Under the pieces are notes generated by a model that worked only from the letters and a program-made list of their open reading frames with translations, did not search any database and had not been told where the DNA came from. This document shows, piece by piece, positions 26,348 to 46,030 of a stretch of 64,000 nt of DNA. The stretch lies in contig NEEC01000007.1 in NCBI GenBank assembly GCA_002189035.1, positions 2,914,001 through 2,978,000 on the forward strand, read 5' to 3'. Both the position numbers and the translations under genes were made by a program. Positions within the stretch are counted from its first letter, which is position 1, and each line of letters opens with the position of its first letter. Origin of the DNA: Utricularia gibba. Lineage: Eukaryota; Plantae; Magnoliophyta.

Positions 26348-28747
26348 TCATACATGGGAGAGCGTGTTGAAATGGTCCCATGCTTCCTGCAAACATCAAG
26401 AATTAGCAACTTATGCAGCGAAATCCATATGAAGAACTTGTGTTTCATTACCTGCAAGATTTCAAAAACCTTTTCTGCAAGGTATTTTTCATTGGAAGCA
26501 GCATTCTTCTGCTGCAGTTTATCGGGATGTAACTGAAGCATCGCTTTCTGATAAGCTTTTTTCACTGAGCCTGCTTCTATAAGATTGGAAAGAGGTACTG
26601 GTTTCCAGTTGCTTCCAGGCCAAAGAACCTAGAGGACGAAGTTTAAGAATTTGAGGAACATGAAAACTTGATGAAGATCAGGATCCGAGGACAGATTTTG
26701 AGATTGGTATTACAAATTGCAAAGTTGACAGCAGCGACTGAATGTTCCCTGTCTTCCCAGATGACCATTGTCGAATCTTTGCATCAATATCCTGTATGGG
26801 ATCAGAGATGCAAGAATAAATTCGGTTCAAGTTTATAGTCAAAATGTGATTTGGACGGGATACAGGCCTCTGTCTTCCTACGGCTCAAGTTTATAGTCAA
26901 AATTGATTCTTAATGAAGCTTACCTTTGTGTTCTCGGCCTTTTCAGGGGGTTCAAAATTTTCAGGATCATCAGATAACACCTCAACCTGTTTAGCCATTT
27001 GACGTAAGAATACGATCAAGAAGCTTTAGACTTCAAACACCAAAAGCAAACACGAGAAGTTTACTGTATGAGATAGGCAATACCAGGAAATCGACTTCAA
27101 AAGTATCAATGCCTCTTTCTGGTGAAGCCACTGAGACTGATTGGGGCATCTCTGAAGAAAAAAATGCTCATATGTACCTTCATACTCAAGGACTTCTTAT
27201 CAACGATGACAAGCAAATAATGTGCAAAAACCTGATGAAGATGCCACAAAATGTTTTTCTTCTTGCCTGACCTTCGGATTTCTCACCTGGAAATGTTAGC
27301 AAATCCATGCTGATATACCAGTGGCCTGATGGAAAAAGGTGAAACTTCTTGTGATGGAAGCAGTACCTTTAATGAATCATCTGGTTTTCGATCAGGATCA
27401 TAATGCGAATCAACACCCCATTTTTCCTTCAGTGCATTGGTGAATGCCATATTCCTTGAGACATCGGAGTAAACAGCCTCACTTCTACTGTCCTGGCTTT
27501 CTCTCATAACATCAGCTACGTCTTTTGTATCAATAGACTGACTGAAAGTCTCAACAAGTCCTTTCTTTCCCTCGGCTGTTGTAGGCATACTTTCGTTCTT
27601 TGAATTCTTATCTTCCCACATTTTCATATCACACACTTCATCAAGTGCTTCTCTAAAAAAATCTTCAAGGTCTTTACTTGCTTGCCTTTGGGTCCACAGG
27701 CTTTTTCTCTCGCTCCCTGTTCTAAAAAATTCATGACCACCAACTGCTACATCACCCTTTCTTGATTTCAAAGACTTCCCATCCAGAAGGGGCAATAGCG
27801 TCAACACTGGAACTCCATTACCACCCCACTTGTAAAAAGAGAAATGAAAATCTATATCATCACCTGCAATTCTTGCATCATTTCTCATGCGCCCGGAGTT
27901 CCCTCTCCCATCCGGGGTGGGGAGCACTGCAAAGTTCTGTATCTCAAGGAAGATTCATGAGACAAAGGCTCTTGATGAAAAAGTGGTCTATCATCTTCAT
28001 ATCCCTGAAAGCCCCTGCCTTGAAACCTTGATGAACTGCTTGGACTACTTATCCCACTTGTGCCTCCATCCACCCATCTGTTACTGGATCCTGGAACCTC
28101 GTTTGCTCCATCCAGCTTCGCAGGAAAACTAGAAACGCAATTAAGTATATCAAAAACAATAAATCGAATCAAATGCAAAAAAAAAAAAAAAAAAAAACAT
28201 ATTATAAGTGATTCAACTTCTCCGAGCTGAATCGCTTTCAGACAAGAAAGAACGTCTTATATTTTAGTAGCCTCATTAAAATCCTGAGAATGGCGATTGA
28301 TCCAAAAAAATCAACATAAGCATCAGATAATGCATGTATGAAGGATAACAATTACCTGAACTTGTGAGGAAATGAAGAGCTTAAACTCTCAGGTTTGGGG
28401 GTGAAAATCCTAGCAGGGCTCATGAACCTCGAACTTCCACCGTCTCCATCAAGGTAACTCCTTGGTGAGCTGAACGACTCATCGCCTCTGTATATATCAT
28501 TGAAGAAATTTTCACCAAGATGATGTCTTTTTGAGTTGCTCAGTTCGCCAAAGACCGGGCTTTCCTTCAAACATCTGGTGGGCATCGAGGATCTCTCCTC
28601 CTCCGAATCCTCAATCTCATAAACATTTCGCCTTGCTCTGGCTTCTCGAGGCGAGAATCGCCTCGGCGGTCCCCCAAAAACGTCACTAAAATCAATACTA
28701 TCAGAGCTTCTATGGGAAGCTCCAAAATGGAAACTTTGACTCTTCAT
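26348..28747 (-). CDS. JAC1: Auxilin-like J-domain protein (JAC1-like); apparent 1-nt frameshift at about 27914-27922
   Basis: N-terminal DFSDVFGGPPRR, central FHFSFYKWG, C-terminal IRQWSSGKTGNIQSLLSTLQ / WKPVPL / KKAYQKAMLQLHPDKLQQK / EAWDHFN. The start codon may lie further upstream. Confidence 0.82.
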
Positions 28748-29320
28748 GAACCGACGTATCCTCCAACTGCACAAGACATTGAATTTGAAAACAAACAATA
28801 GAATAGCAGACAATCCATACCCAGAAAAAAAAGGAGATATTTGGAAGTACAGCCTTTAAGTTACGACATTGATGAGAAGAGAAACGCATGGACAAAGAGC
28901 TGGAAAACCGCGAAAATATGGGGCGCAGGAAGTTCAAAGAAATTGTGGCCACAAAAAATGGGTGTCAACTGTCCAAGTGTAACTGTCAACTGATAGAGAT
29001 CAATATAAGATAAGAGACAACGATCATAGCATAATCTCTCTTTTTGATAATACACTCTTTCTTGTCGTCTACCTCAAACCATCTAAGAATTGGGATCTTG
29101 TGTCTGAAACCACCTGTGGAAGAACCATGGAAAAATTGTAAGAGACTCAAGAAAGACTTCGTCGTAAAGACGTGGATACATGGACTAGGAAAATGCTGCT
29201 TAAATTCTCGTAGGAAGAATAACGTTTCAGTATCCTTAGACAGCAACCACAGGTAATCTTTTCCCCATTCAATGCTCCAAGTTCATGGTGGGAAAAAGTG
29301 TTAAGGGTGTAAAGTAACTG

Positions 29321-31602
29321 CTATACATTATGGGCATTGGAGCCAAGCAGCATCTCCCATTCCGCGGAGTTGTTAATCATGGACATCTTATTCCACTCGT
29401 TCTCCACATGGAAGAAAACCCACTGGAACCGGCGAAAGATCTCCAGAGCGGTGATGGTGAGCACAATGATGTAGTTGTGGCGAAGATGGGCAGACAGCTT
29501 GTGCGTCCAAGTGCAGTGCAGGACGAGATCGCTTCCGATGGCCCATAAGTAGACCTGAAAGATATCGAACACAAACACTGGGACCATCACATATTCAGAA
29601 TCGGCATGGGTATCTATTGTAAAGTTTTAAGAAACATGACTGCATTACCCATGTCCTTCCGTATAGTAAGTAGGATAAGGTGTGAGGTTTACTGAATTTG
29701 AAAATTCGTGTGAAGGACCTGAGGAGAAAGGAAGAGATGGGGTGTGAGCAGAATATGAAGTAGATTCATAGAATATAGAGATCAAATACGCATGGATTTG
29801 TGAATGCCTACCCCAAATCCCAGCCCCTTGTGATGTCGGATTAGAAGGAATAAAAAGAGTTTACACTTGACATTAGCCAAAGTGGCCGGTGTAAACTGAT
29901 CCAATTATGAGGTATAATATGATATTTCAGAGCGGAAAGAAAGACGACTGGAATAGCTGTAGAATGCTTCAGGGCTGAAAGCAGTAAAAAAAAAAAAGCT
30001 TGCTACCTGATGTGATCAAACTTGAAAAGTTCCCGAAAATGTCAAACTAGCCGTTTCAAAGACAAGACTTTTCTCCCGTATCTTTATATTGCCGAAGGCA
30101 ATGAAAGAATAAAAAATGAAAGGTAAAACAAGAACTATAGTTACCGCAACAGAATGACTCCCACTAACAGAACACCATGCAATGCAATGGTAGCAACCTG
30201 CAAATTTATGAAATGGCATATAAAAATTCCATGCGTTTGTTATAATTTATTTCTGGACACCAAACTGACGGTGGAATATCCAGCAGACTGAACACTCCAA
30301 ATCTGAGAAAACCTGCACCATAGAGAATTTTATAACAGCTGAAGAGGTAAATCATATAATCAAGAATGACATTTCAACGTGACAAAGAAGCCTGGACGCA
30401 AAAGGCATAGAGGTAAATATGTCCGCCAAAAAGAATTCGGGAAATCTAATTGCCTGCTTTATGAAAACATAATCTGATAAGACTACTATGTTAATGGAAA
30501 GAAAGAAACAACTTTACGCATCACAGAATTATAATACCATTTAAACTTGCCTGCAGAGGAGCATTATTCTCCATACAGTTCTCAGTAGGCGGTAACGAGA
30601 TGAAAGATAGAGGATATCAAAGAACTTTTCCTTTATGAATAAAAAAACTCATGGTTCAGTGTACACTTGGTAACTATGTCTTGGCTTCTTATGCTGAAGA
30701 TAACCCTTGTATGGCATCTTGAAGTAGTCTTTTAATAAAAAACTGGAGATAATGTACCAATTGATGCACAGAAAACCTCAAAATATATAAAATAATGAAA
30801 TTACAAGACGAAAAGCTATTACACTTGTTGGCCAATGAGGCTTGTCCATGAGAATAAAGGTAGAGGTATGCAGCCATGCTGGTTGGAACAATGATCGTCA
30901 ATCAAGTAGCATACCGAAAATTAAAAATGACATGAAAAAATTAAGAGAAAAGAAAATATAAGGATGAAATCTGATCACACTTGGTCATGCAATATAATCA
31001 TCCCGTTCTTTTTATATAGACAAATACTGCAAAACGAAGATATAAGACATGGGATGACCAATCTAAGGATGAACTCTGTCCGATTTGGTTATGCAATGAA
31101 TGAATGAAATCACCCAATTCTCGTTACATAGAGAAATACTACAAACGAAGATGCATGGCATGGGATTATTGACAAAAGTCCTTGCTCACAAATAAGATAA
31201 AACAGGTAAGTTGAATCCTTCATGTGCATTCTGGTGATATCACAATTAAGTATCACAAACTATCTCTTCAAAATAACATTTTTCGTTAGAGAAAGAAGAA
31301 AGGGCATGAAAATTTAACATACTGTGCAACTTTCATATCTCTCGATGTGTGATGCAATTCTGATCTAGATCAAAAATTTTGGTGTGACCAATATTAGATC
31401 GGAGAATACTCATACTTATTCCCCAGAGCCATACCATCATTGACTGTGCTGTCAACAAATGACTTTTTAGAAAGTGAACGTTTAGAAAATATGCTACTTC
31501 ACTGACCACAAGGAGAGGAGAAGAGGATTGAAATATAAGAATGCTTTATATAGAAATAAATTCTGCAGGTCGGGACCCATTCTCATCGTACAGTCCCATC
31601 TC
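29321..31602 (-). pseudogene. EXS (ERD1/XPR1/SYG1) family gene, pseudogenised
   Basis: Exon remnants MRMGPDLQNLFLYKAFLYFNPLLL / MMVWLWG / TIIVPTSMAAYLYLYSHG / VFSDLECSVC / SGSHSVA / LKHSTAIPVVFLSALKYH / HKLSAHLRHNY..LEIFRRFQWVFFHVENEWNK. In-frame TAA at 29841-29843, TGA in place of Trp near 31335, and several frameshifts. Confidence 0.85.
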
Positions 31603-32902
31603 ATTTTTTTGATTGCTGGCTAATTTGATTGACTTCATAAGTTTCATCAATTTCCCTAAAATATTGTTAAGCAATATGCTTCATAAATATCGAATTCTAA
31701 GTTTTGATTTAGTATACAATCAAAATTACTATTGCTTGTACAATATTAACATCCATAGTTGATAAATTGTTGAATACCTACATAATTCTTTAAATACTAA
31801 AAAATTGAGAACCCATCTTTATAGATAACAAAAACTTCAAAATTAGAATACATAAGTTTCACAATACCAAATCGCATGAAAAATCCCAAAAGTCACAGTT
31901 TTTAAAATCTTTTCTATTATTGAACAACCAAAAACTAAAAAATATCACAATAAAGATGATCATTATGAAGTTTATGAAGGATCATTATATCAAGATTTGT
32001 AGAAACTTAATCAATTTTCATTGAAGAAAGAGAAACCAACGAGCAAAGAAACCAAAAGAACCCATTTGAAATAGATTTTTATGAAGAAAAATATAATTGT
32101 CAAAAACTATTTATACGCATTTGGATATTTTTAATCCTATCCAGATAATGGGTTTAAAAATATCTCATATAACTTGAAAAAAGATGGATAAAACCTGTCT
32201 TAGGTTTATATACACCCATCTATCAAATAAATAACAAATATATCATATTCTAAGAAAACTAAGGTTTTCTACCCTGCCAAATAAGACATTAAAATTTAGA
32301 ATGTTAGGAACTAATTATGCTTGACATCTTATATTTTAACAACTAATTATTCTTTAAAGATCAATTTTGCCAATGAAGATCAAACGTTTTTTTATATCAG
32401 ATAATAGGGACCATGTGTGCCATTAAGTTAAGCAGTTGAGATTATTTATGCAATTTTTACCACCAAAACCCAAAGAAGGTGAAAATGTACAGCTACAAAG
32501 AGCAAGGCAAAACCTGTAACTAAGCAAACCCCTTTCTTTCTTCTTGCCTTCCATCATTGTGCTCTTGGAAGCACTCTGCCTCTTTGAGTCTAAGACTGTC
32601 AGATGTGTGCGAGACATGCACCATGTATGAAATGTAGTGCAGGTGCTGCTATGTGTCAGTAACTATGTACTCCCTTCCTTATCCTTATTTTTTCAAACAT
32701 CATCCCGGTTTTCTATGAAATGACCTGTTGGTGGCGTATACTGGCTGTATCCCCCATCTGTTGATCTGTACACCTACCACTTTGTTCTGTTCCATCTCGA
32801 ACTCCTGCATGACCCGGCTGTCATTTTTATGCCATGAGCATCGAACACTCCCTGAATCCACATGGGTGGAGAGATTGGATGGATTTTTAACATAAGAAGG
32901 TT

Positions 32903-39164
<6,262 letters not shown>

Positions 39165-40315
39165 ACCGATTGATCAATAACCCACCCCAACAACAACTAT
39201 AAGCAGGAGCTCATAATCAAAACAAGCCAAAAGGAAAAAAAAAAAAAAGGAAAGAAAGACTTTCCCCGTGACGGCAAAAGGCCGCCTAAATACGGGTCAA
39301 AGTTCGTAAGAAAGCTATTCGCGATCACAAAAGCAATCGTTCTGGTAGAAGGCAAGTGGAATTGAGCTTGGAATTTTCAAAGGCGACCGTTGAAAGATTC
39401 CGGCGTAATGACTCCGACCGTTGAGGGAGGCAGTCACTCGTGAATCGGATCAAGGTAAAACTGCGCCCGTGCTCTCCCCTCACTGGCCACTGCTCGCCGG
39501 TTATTAGATATTTAATTTTGCTTCTTGTACGGAATTATGCCCTAACATCCACAAAGATGGAATCCTCCGACTTTAATTTGTGAAGCAAATCCAATTGCGT
39601 GATTACAAAATATTTATATTTCGTCAAACTCCTTTATTGTTATAATTATTCGCTTTCCAAAAAAGTCGATAATTAAGGTAACGTTTGATAAAGTAATTTA
39701 ATTAATATTCTATTTAAATTATTAATATTTAAACAAATATTGTTAAAATTAAAATATATTGAATACATCAATTTTTTATAAATATTTATAATAATAATAA
39801 TAATAATAATATATTTGATAAATATATTTAAATAAATAAAAAAATAGATTTATTTAATTAAAAAAATCACATAAAAAAGATATTTTCAATACATGGTTGG
39901 AAGATTAATTATATAAACTTTTTATAAATCACATATATATACATATATATATTAAAATATTTTTAACATGCATTTAAAATATACAGATTTATCAAATACA
40001 ATTTAATATTTTATTCTAAAAAATGGAGAGATGATTCATCCTAAATTATTGTATTGATTACATCATTAATGAGCCATTATGAATCCTATAAAATCCCCTA
40101 GCACTGGGGAATGAATCTTTAGGGTAAAAAAATCACATGGTTATTGAGATCCATGAGGAAGATTAAAAAGATTTAACCATAACACATGCTCTAAAGGCTA
40201 AGCCCATCAATCCATTGTTACATAAAAATATCTGATGCAGAAATGCTGCTCAATCATATCCACACACATGATCAATCAAAGAAGAGATGAGCCAAGACCA
40301 GGAATTTGTTTTTGT

Positions 40316-43300
40316 TTACCCTGTTTTCAACTTCTTTGTAACTCTAAAAGCAAATATCCCCTTTGAGATATCTACAGAACTGCTGTCTTTGTTCACGGAG
40401 CTGGATGGCTTCGATGACCGTTTCAAAATTTCAAGCAGTGAAGCTTCACATGCATTTTCAGCAACGGTGGCGCTGTGACATTTGAGATGAGAGACGCTGC
40501 TGTATTTAGCTGTTGGATGCCGCGGGGTTTTGGTTTCTGGAGCAACCTGCGTGTTGACAAAATGTGATCTCAATGGTCTTGTGAGTTTCAAATACAGAAA
40601 ATGAAAAAAAAAACACTTGAATGATCAATGTGCAGTCTAGAGTTAGTATGAACAGACCACCAAGCATGTAACCAGCCTTGACTAGTGCTGGAATATCAAA
40701 ATGACTTACGGTATCAGTCGATGCCTCAGTTGATGTCACCTGGCCATTACTGTCATCCCTACTGAAAATAAAAGGCCGAACTTTTCCTAGCCCTGGCCTA
40801 GAGGATGGCATGGGATGGGATGAATTTCGCCCTATAAATGATGACTGCATCTCAGAATGAAAAAACCACATAAGAGTTGTGATTTGGAAAGCTAGAAATT
40901 TACAGGCTTCTTTGTTAGCAGAGCTAGAAATAAATGCTTCATTAAAAAAAGACTGTATAAGTGACGTTTGCAGAAGTACCTTTGAAGAGTTGTTTATGGT
41001 CCTCCCTTTCAGCACGGAGTCGAAGAAGGCTGCAGATTACAATATACCAGTTCTTAGTGACAGGACAAGAAAAGGTTCTGCATGATGGTAAAAAGACCAA
41101 CTCGTACATAATTCTTTAGGCTTTTTCTTGTTTGAAGGCACTATGTTCAGATTCTTGATAAGACCTAGAACTTCCCTGGCATTTCCATGATCATCTAGTG
41201 AAACCAAGTTGGGTTGCTTTTCCTGTTTGAAATTCATGTAATCAAACAACCTGGTTGATAAATGATGATGATCGTGTTTCACAACAATAACCAATCAGAT
41301 TTCGTGCAATTTTCTCATTATAAATATTACCAATTACAGGAGTCTCAAGAAACTCACCTTACTGTTGAAGAGGCGCAGAGCAAGGCTCCGCTGTATGCTA
41401 TCATCATCATCAGAAAAGTAAGGGTCTTCCTTGTCAGCCAACATCTCGAGAATAATCTGCTTTGTTTTTTTAGAACTTATGCGGGATGGTTTAAGTTGCT
41501 CATAATCTTCTTCCTCTTCAACACCATCGGAGACTTCTTCATCCTTGTCACTTTCAGGCTCATCTTCATCCAAAAACGTATCCCTAAGCACTGATCTACA
41601 TTTTAATTTCTGCAAAACGTTGTTAGTTTCCATGGCATCCTGCCGCTCAAGCCACTTTTGATGAAGCGCATCACAAATTTCCTTGTCAACTGGTCCTTCT
41701 TCACATTGTGTTGCTATAATATCATTAAGCTCCTCAGCATCTTCAGTATGCTCCTCGTCTTCATTTGCTCGAGTGTACTGCAGATCATTGTCACTATCAT
41801 ATTCTTCCTCTGCTTCCTCATCAAGAAAATCCTTCACAGGATCGCAACCTGTAAGAGTGGCACCGTCAATATCCTCTCCAGGACAAGGATCAACATTTTC
41901 TTTGTCTGTGAACTCTTCATCTGAAGAACTGGAATTATAAAAGGTGGATCACCATCAATAAAAACCAAAGCAAATTGGTGAATGAGATAAACTGTTCCCT
42001 GAAGAAATTCATACCTGTCATCCAATGAAGCAGAGTCAAAATTCGGACTAATTGTATGTAAGGATGAAGAATGATCCTCTTCAATAGAGTTGTGTTGTTC
42101 ATCGTTTAATTCTATTGCAGCCCCCTTCGATTCCAAGTCATCAAAAAGATCCTGCATGCAAGTTTTATACTGTCAGTTAAACAACACCAGAAGTACTCGC
42201 CATCTGAAAAAGCATTACTAGAGGTGCAAATTTTCTGAAAGGAGATTATTTTCATTTCAACAAGCCCAATTATACTTTATACTTCTGTGCGAATCATAAA
42301 CAACTAGAAGCAGAACATCTTTGATGTTTTTGAGATGACTTCTCAAATGAACCTACCATTTGATTTTGTTCCTGATCAGGGACTGGCTGCTGAGAAGTCT
42401 CACTGAACCCTCTAGGACTGAATCCAGAAGAAATCTCTTTGTCCAAAGGCTCAACAACAACTGAAGCAGCAACTGTCAGCTCATGGGTAATACCTTCCGC
42501 GTTCTCTGTAGCCCCCTCTCCAGCAGAGGGGTTATGATCTGAGGGCTTGTTTGGTGATATGCAGATCCCTTCACTGCCACAAAACCTGTTACATACATGA
42601 TAAAAACACATGTTAAATTCACGGAAAGAGTGCACGATCTCTAGGAAAGTGTCGCAAATCATGCAAGACATTAACTTGTAAGAAGGATAAGAATATTAAA
42701 GTTCATCTACTGACTTCTTTAAGAATTCAAGCTTTCTCCTTCGAATTTTCTCGAGAACTGATGATATTGGTTTCTGCACAACTGGTACTGGTTTAAAAGA
42801 AGCATCCCGAGTTTCTGAAGAAACCAACATCAGAGAAAACTTTAATTCAAATGAACTGGCATCTACGGACAAAGTACAAGCCTTTATGCATATTCTATAA
42901 GAAAATAACCTCGCAATAGCCTCTGTGTTTCCGCATGAAGTTCCTTTATGTTAGATTTTCGTTCCTACAGGTATCCCAAATTAGCCTATCACACGAACTA
43001 TAACGAAGAGTATAAAACAAAAAAGAGTAATGAATCCCACCCTTTTTCCCCCGCGCCATTGTCATTGCTATCAAATTCCTTTCCTTGCTTCTTCTTTTTG
43101 TTGGTTTTTGTCTCAGATTGCACTGCATTTTCATCAACCCTGTTCTCGATATTTTCTCCCAGATCAAGATCGTCGCCACCGAGTCCAACTAGAACTCCTT
43201 CTCCCTCAATTCTTCCCATTGCACCGTCGAAATCCAAAACCCTCCTGGCCTTCTTAGCCTCTTTACAACGTTCAAATTCACTGCCATTTTCCTCGTCCTC

Positions 43301-43579
43301 ATCAATTCCATCAGAAATTTGCTCTTCTGACAAAGTCAACTCATCGGCAGCGGCATTCGAGTCGTCGGAGTACCGCAATTCAGAATCATTCTCCAGTGCC
43401 TCTTGCTTCGCGAAATCAATATGGGTAAATAAAACAGGGTCACTATCTACACCCTGCAACGGGTCTAGCAGCGATTTCGAACTCGATTTCTTCACACGCT
43501 TGAGACGCCGAAACTGCACTTGACGCGACGGCGAAGGCGAAGGTAAGAATGACTGAAAATCATCATCATTAGTATCCAT
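40316..43579 (-). CDS. Uncharacterised acidic protein, MRC1/Claspin-like, about 10 exons
   Basis: MDTNDDDFQ..FRRLKRVKK / ELHAETQRLLR / ETRDASFKPVPVVQKPISSVLEKIRRRKLE / DKENVDP..VKDFLDEEAEEEYDSDND / SSFIGR / SLLEILKRSS. The exon 1 donor is one base out of phase. The conserved gene is well supported; the function is an inference. Confidence 0.8.
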
Positions 43580-43685
43580 CTGCAGCTATCTATATGCCTT
43601 TCGTCTCCAAAATCCTGGCACACGAGATGAAGCTTGAAAATCACGGGAGCGCAGAACGCAGATGAGGCATAGTAGGGCTATTCGG

Positions 43686-43787
43686 GCGGCAAAGCGTTCG
43701 AATTTCGACGGATTTGGCGGCATTTGCAACCGCGAACCTTCACCTTTTCCTTCCATTCGGAGTAGCTGGACCGGCCCGTACGGCCCA
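43686..43787. promoter_or_regulatory. Two E2F consensus sites plus a site II motif in a divergent promoter
   Basis: TTTGCCGC (minus strand, 43686-43693) and TTTGGCGG (43713-43720) both fit TTTSSCGS; GGCCCA at 43782-43787. Confidence 0.6.
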
Positions 43788-44036
43788 TATTTTTGACCCA
43801 ACTGCACAGAGACCCATCACTGTAATAAATTATGGTTGGCGTCGTCTTCATCATGCAATTGAATTACAGAGACTGAATCAAATCCATAATTGTGGATTGT
43901 AATTATTGCTTCCGCATTGGATCTTTCTCCTCGGTTATTGGACAAAGGAAGCTGCTTAGAAACTTCCTTCAGCCCACCAAAATTTACGATTCTCCTCAAA
44001 GTTCCCCGCCTACCTTCCCCCGAAATCAGATCCACA

Positions 44037-44552
44037 ATGAACTTCACCGCATTCTCCGGCAACCCTTTTCGGCTCCGCCTCCCCTTCCGCCGCCGGAAAG
44101 CATGGGCCGGGTCTGGTAACAGTAAAAGGGACGAATTACGGCTAGTCTTCGGCTACTTGGACGCCAACAGCGACGGCAAGATCTCCGCTGATGAGCTTAG
44201 AGCTTATTTCGCCACAATCGGCGACCGGCTTTCTGAGGAGCAGGCGGAGGCTTTAATCAGAGCTTGCGGCGGCGCGGTGGATGCCTTGGAGTTGCCGGAG
44301 TTCGTGAAGATGATGGAGTTGCGGGACGTTGATGAGGAGGGTAAGATTGCCGTTCTGAAGGAGGCGTTTGAAGTTTACGTGGCTGGGGACGGCGGCGCCG
44401 GAGGCTGTATCACGGTGGATGGGCTACAACGGGTGCTCCGGAGGCTGGGGATTTGCAAATCACGGCGGCAGTGTAGGGAGATTATTCGTGCGTTTGATCT
44501 CGACGGCAACGGTGTACTCGATTTCAACGAATTCCATAGAATGATGACGTAG
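44037..44552 (+). CDS. Calmodulin-like EF-hand protein (CML41-like), intronless
   Basis: EF1 DANSDGKISADE and EF4 DLDGNGVLDFNE are canonical; LKEAFEVY..GCITVDGLQRVLRRLG; EF2 and EF3 loops are degenerate. Confidence 0.92.
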   Translation: MNFTAFSGNPFRLRLPFRRRKAWAGSGNSKRDELRLVFGYLDANSDGKISADELRAYFATIGDRLSEEQAEALIRACGGAVDALELPEFVKMMELRDVDEEGKIAVLKEAFEVYVAGDGGAGGCITVDGLQRVLRRLGICKSRRQCREIIRAFDLDGNGVLDFNEFHRMMT

Positions 44553-44979
44553 AGATATTTCACACTCTCCATAAAAAAAAATTAAAAATGAAAATGTGAA
44601 ATTTATTTGTGACATGATGTGAATCTCTAATTTAAAAATATTTATAATCTTCGAATGTGAGGGGATTTTTATACTTAAAAAGTAATTCATTCAAGTTTAA
44701 TTTAAAGAGAATGAATCTCTTACAATTAAATTATTAAAAAAATGAAAATTAATTTTGATAATATATAAAAAGGTATGATATAATTGACAAGAAGATAAAA
44801 AAACAATGATTTGATTGTTGTATTGAACAAAAGTATAGTTATTTATATTAGAAAATTGGATTGCTTATAACATTTACAAAAACTCATACTTCTAAAAGCA
44901 ATGAATAATAATGATTTTTCTTTTGTTTGAAAAGTAGAAAATTTAATAGATTTAAATTGTGAACTTTCTTTCTTTTTTC

Positions 44980-46030
44980 AATGCGTTTTTTTTGTAACAA
45001 TTCAGAAGAATGAAATGGAACAAAGGATAAGATATGCAAACCAAAATGAATTTCGTTTTTTTTTTTTGGAACCAAACAACAATACAAATAGATAGTATAT
45101 GAACAAGAGAAAGATTAGCTATGATACCACCTGATATGATTTTTACTATTATCATCTCCAAGTTTAATATTGCTCATTTGTTTGATCTGACTCATTACTC
45201 TAACCATTCTTATCTTTCTAAAGAATAAATCTACAACATAAGAAGTATCATCAATATTGTAATAAGAGATGAAATGTGTTATCTTTAAGAACCTCTCAAC
45301 CAATTGAATTCTTTCTCTTTTGAGTTTTTGGTAAACCTAAAACAAAATCTATAGAAAAAGTCAATCCAAGGTTAAATAGGGGTAGGAAGAAGAATATATA
45401 ATCCCTAAAAAGTTGATTTTGATTTGATTTTATTCCACACTTAACATCTTTTACATATTCTTTCAACATATCTTCTAATATGGAGTCAATAAAAATATTG
45501 TTGAAGTTTGCCCAACATCTTGTTGATCTCAAAATATCCCATTAGACCACCACTATGAGACTCTTTCACCAAAAACTAATAAATTGAACATAAACGAATG
45601 CATAACTTGTTCTTCTTAAAAACTATAAAATTCTTTTATCATCAATAATCCAAGAATTTGAGCATCAGAATAATAACAAAAAATGTGTACATTTGTGACA
45701 ATGCATTTGCAACAATGTTCTCTTTACATTTCTTGTATTTGATGACATAATAAAATGTATCAATGAACTCTATCCATCTTACATGTCTTCTTTTGAGGTT
45801 TATTTAACTTTTGACATATTTCAAACTTTCATGATCTATATGGATAATAAATTTTTTATACTAAAGATAATACTTTTAAATTTAAGTACTCTTACCAATG
45901 AGTACAATTCATTAGTATAAGTTGGGTGATTAAAAGTAGATTTGAGTGTATTCTTTTTTAAACATTAAAATTACCTCATATTTGTGAATTGCTAATCTCT
46001 TTACATTAGAGTATCACATCATGACATAAT
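44980..46030 (-). mobile_element. Ty3/Gypsy chromovirus (CRM-like) remnant
   Basis: RNase H HPTYTNELYSLVR...IDHESLK...[32 protein letters not shown], integrase VDRFLKITHFI..DDTSYVVDLFFRKI, and an iMet-type PBS TGGTATCATAGC at 45129-45118. Boundaries are approximate. Confidence 0.75.

Noticed and set aside
26823-26908. About 25-bp direct repeat in a JAC1 intron
   Set aside because: Short intronic duplication that does not touch a splice site.
43890-44036. N-terminal extension of the CML ORF in the ORF track
   Set aside because: Starts at GTG; the first ATG at 44037 gives a normal CML length.
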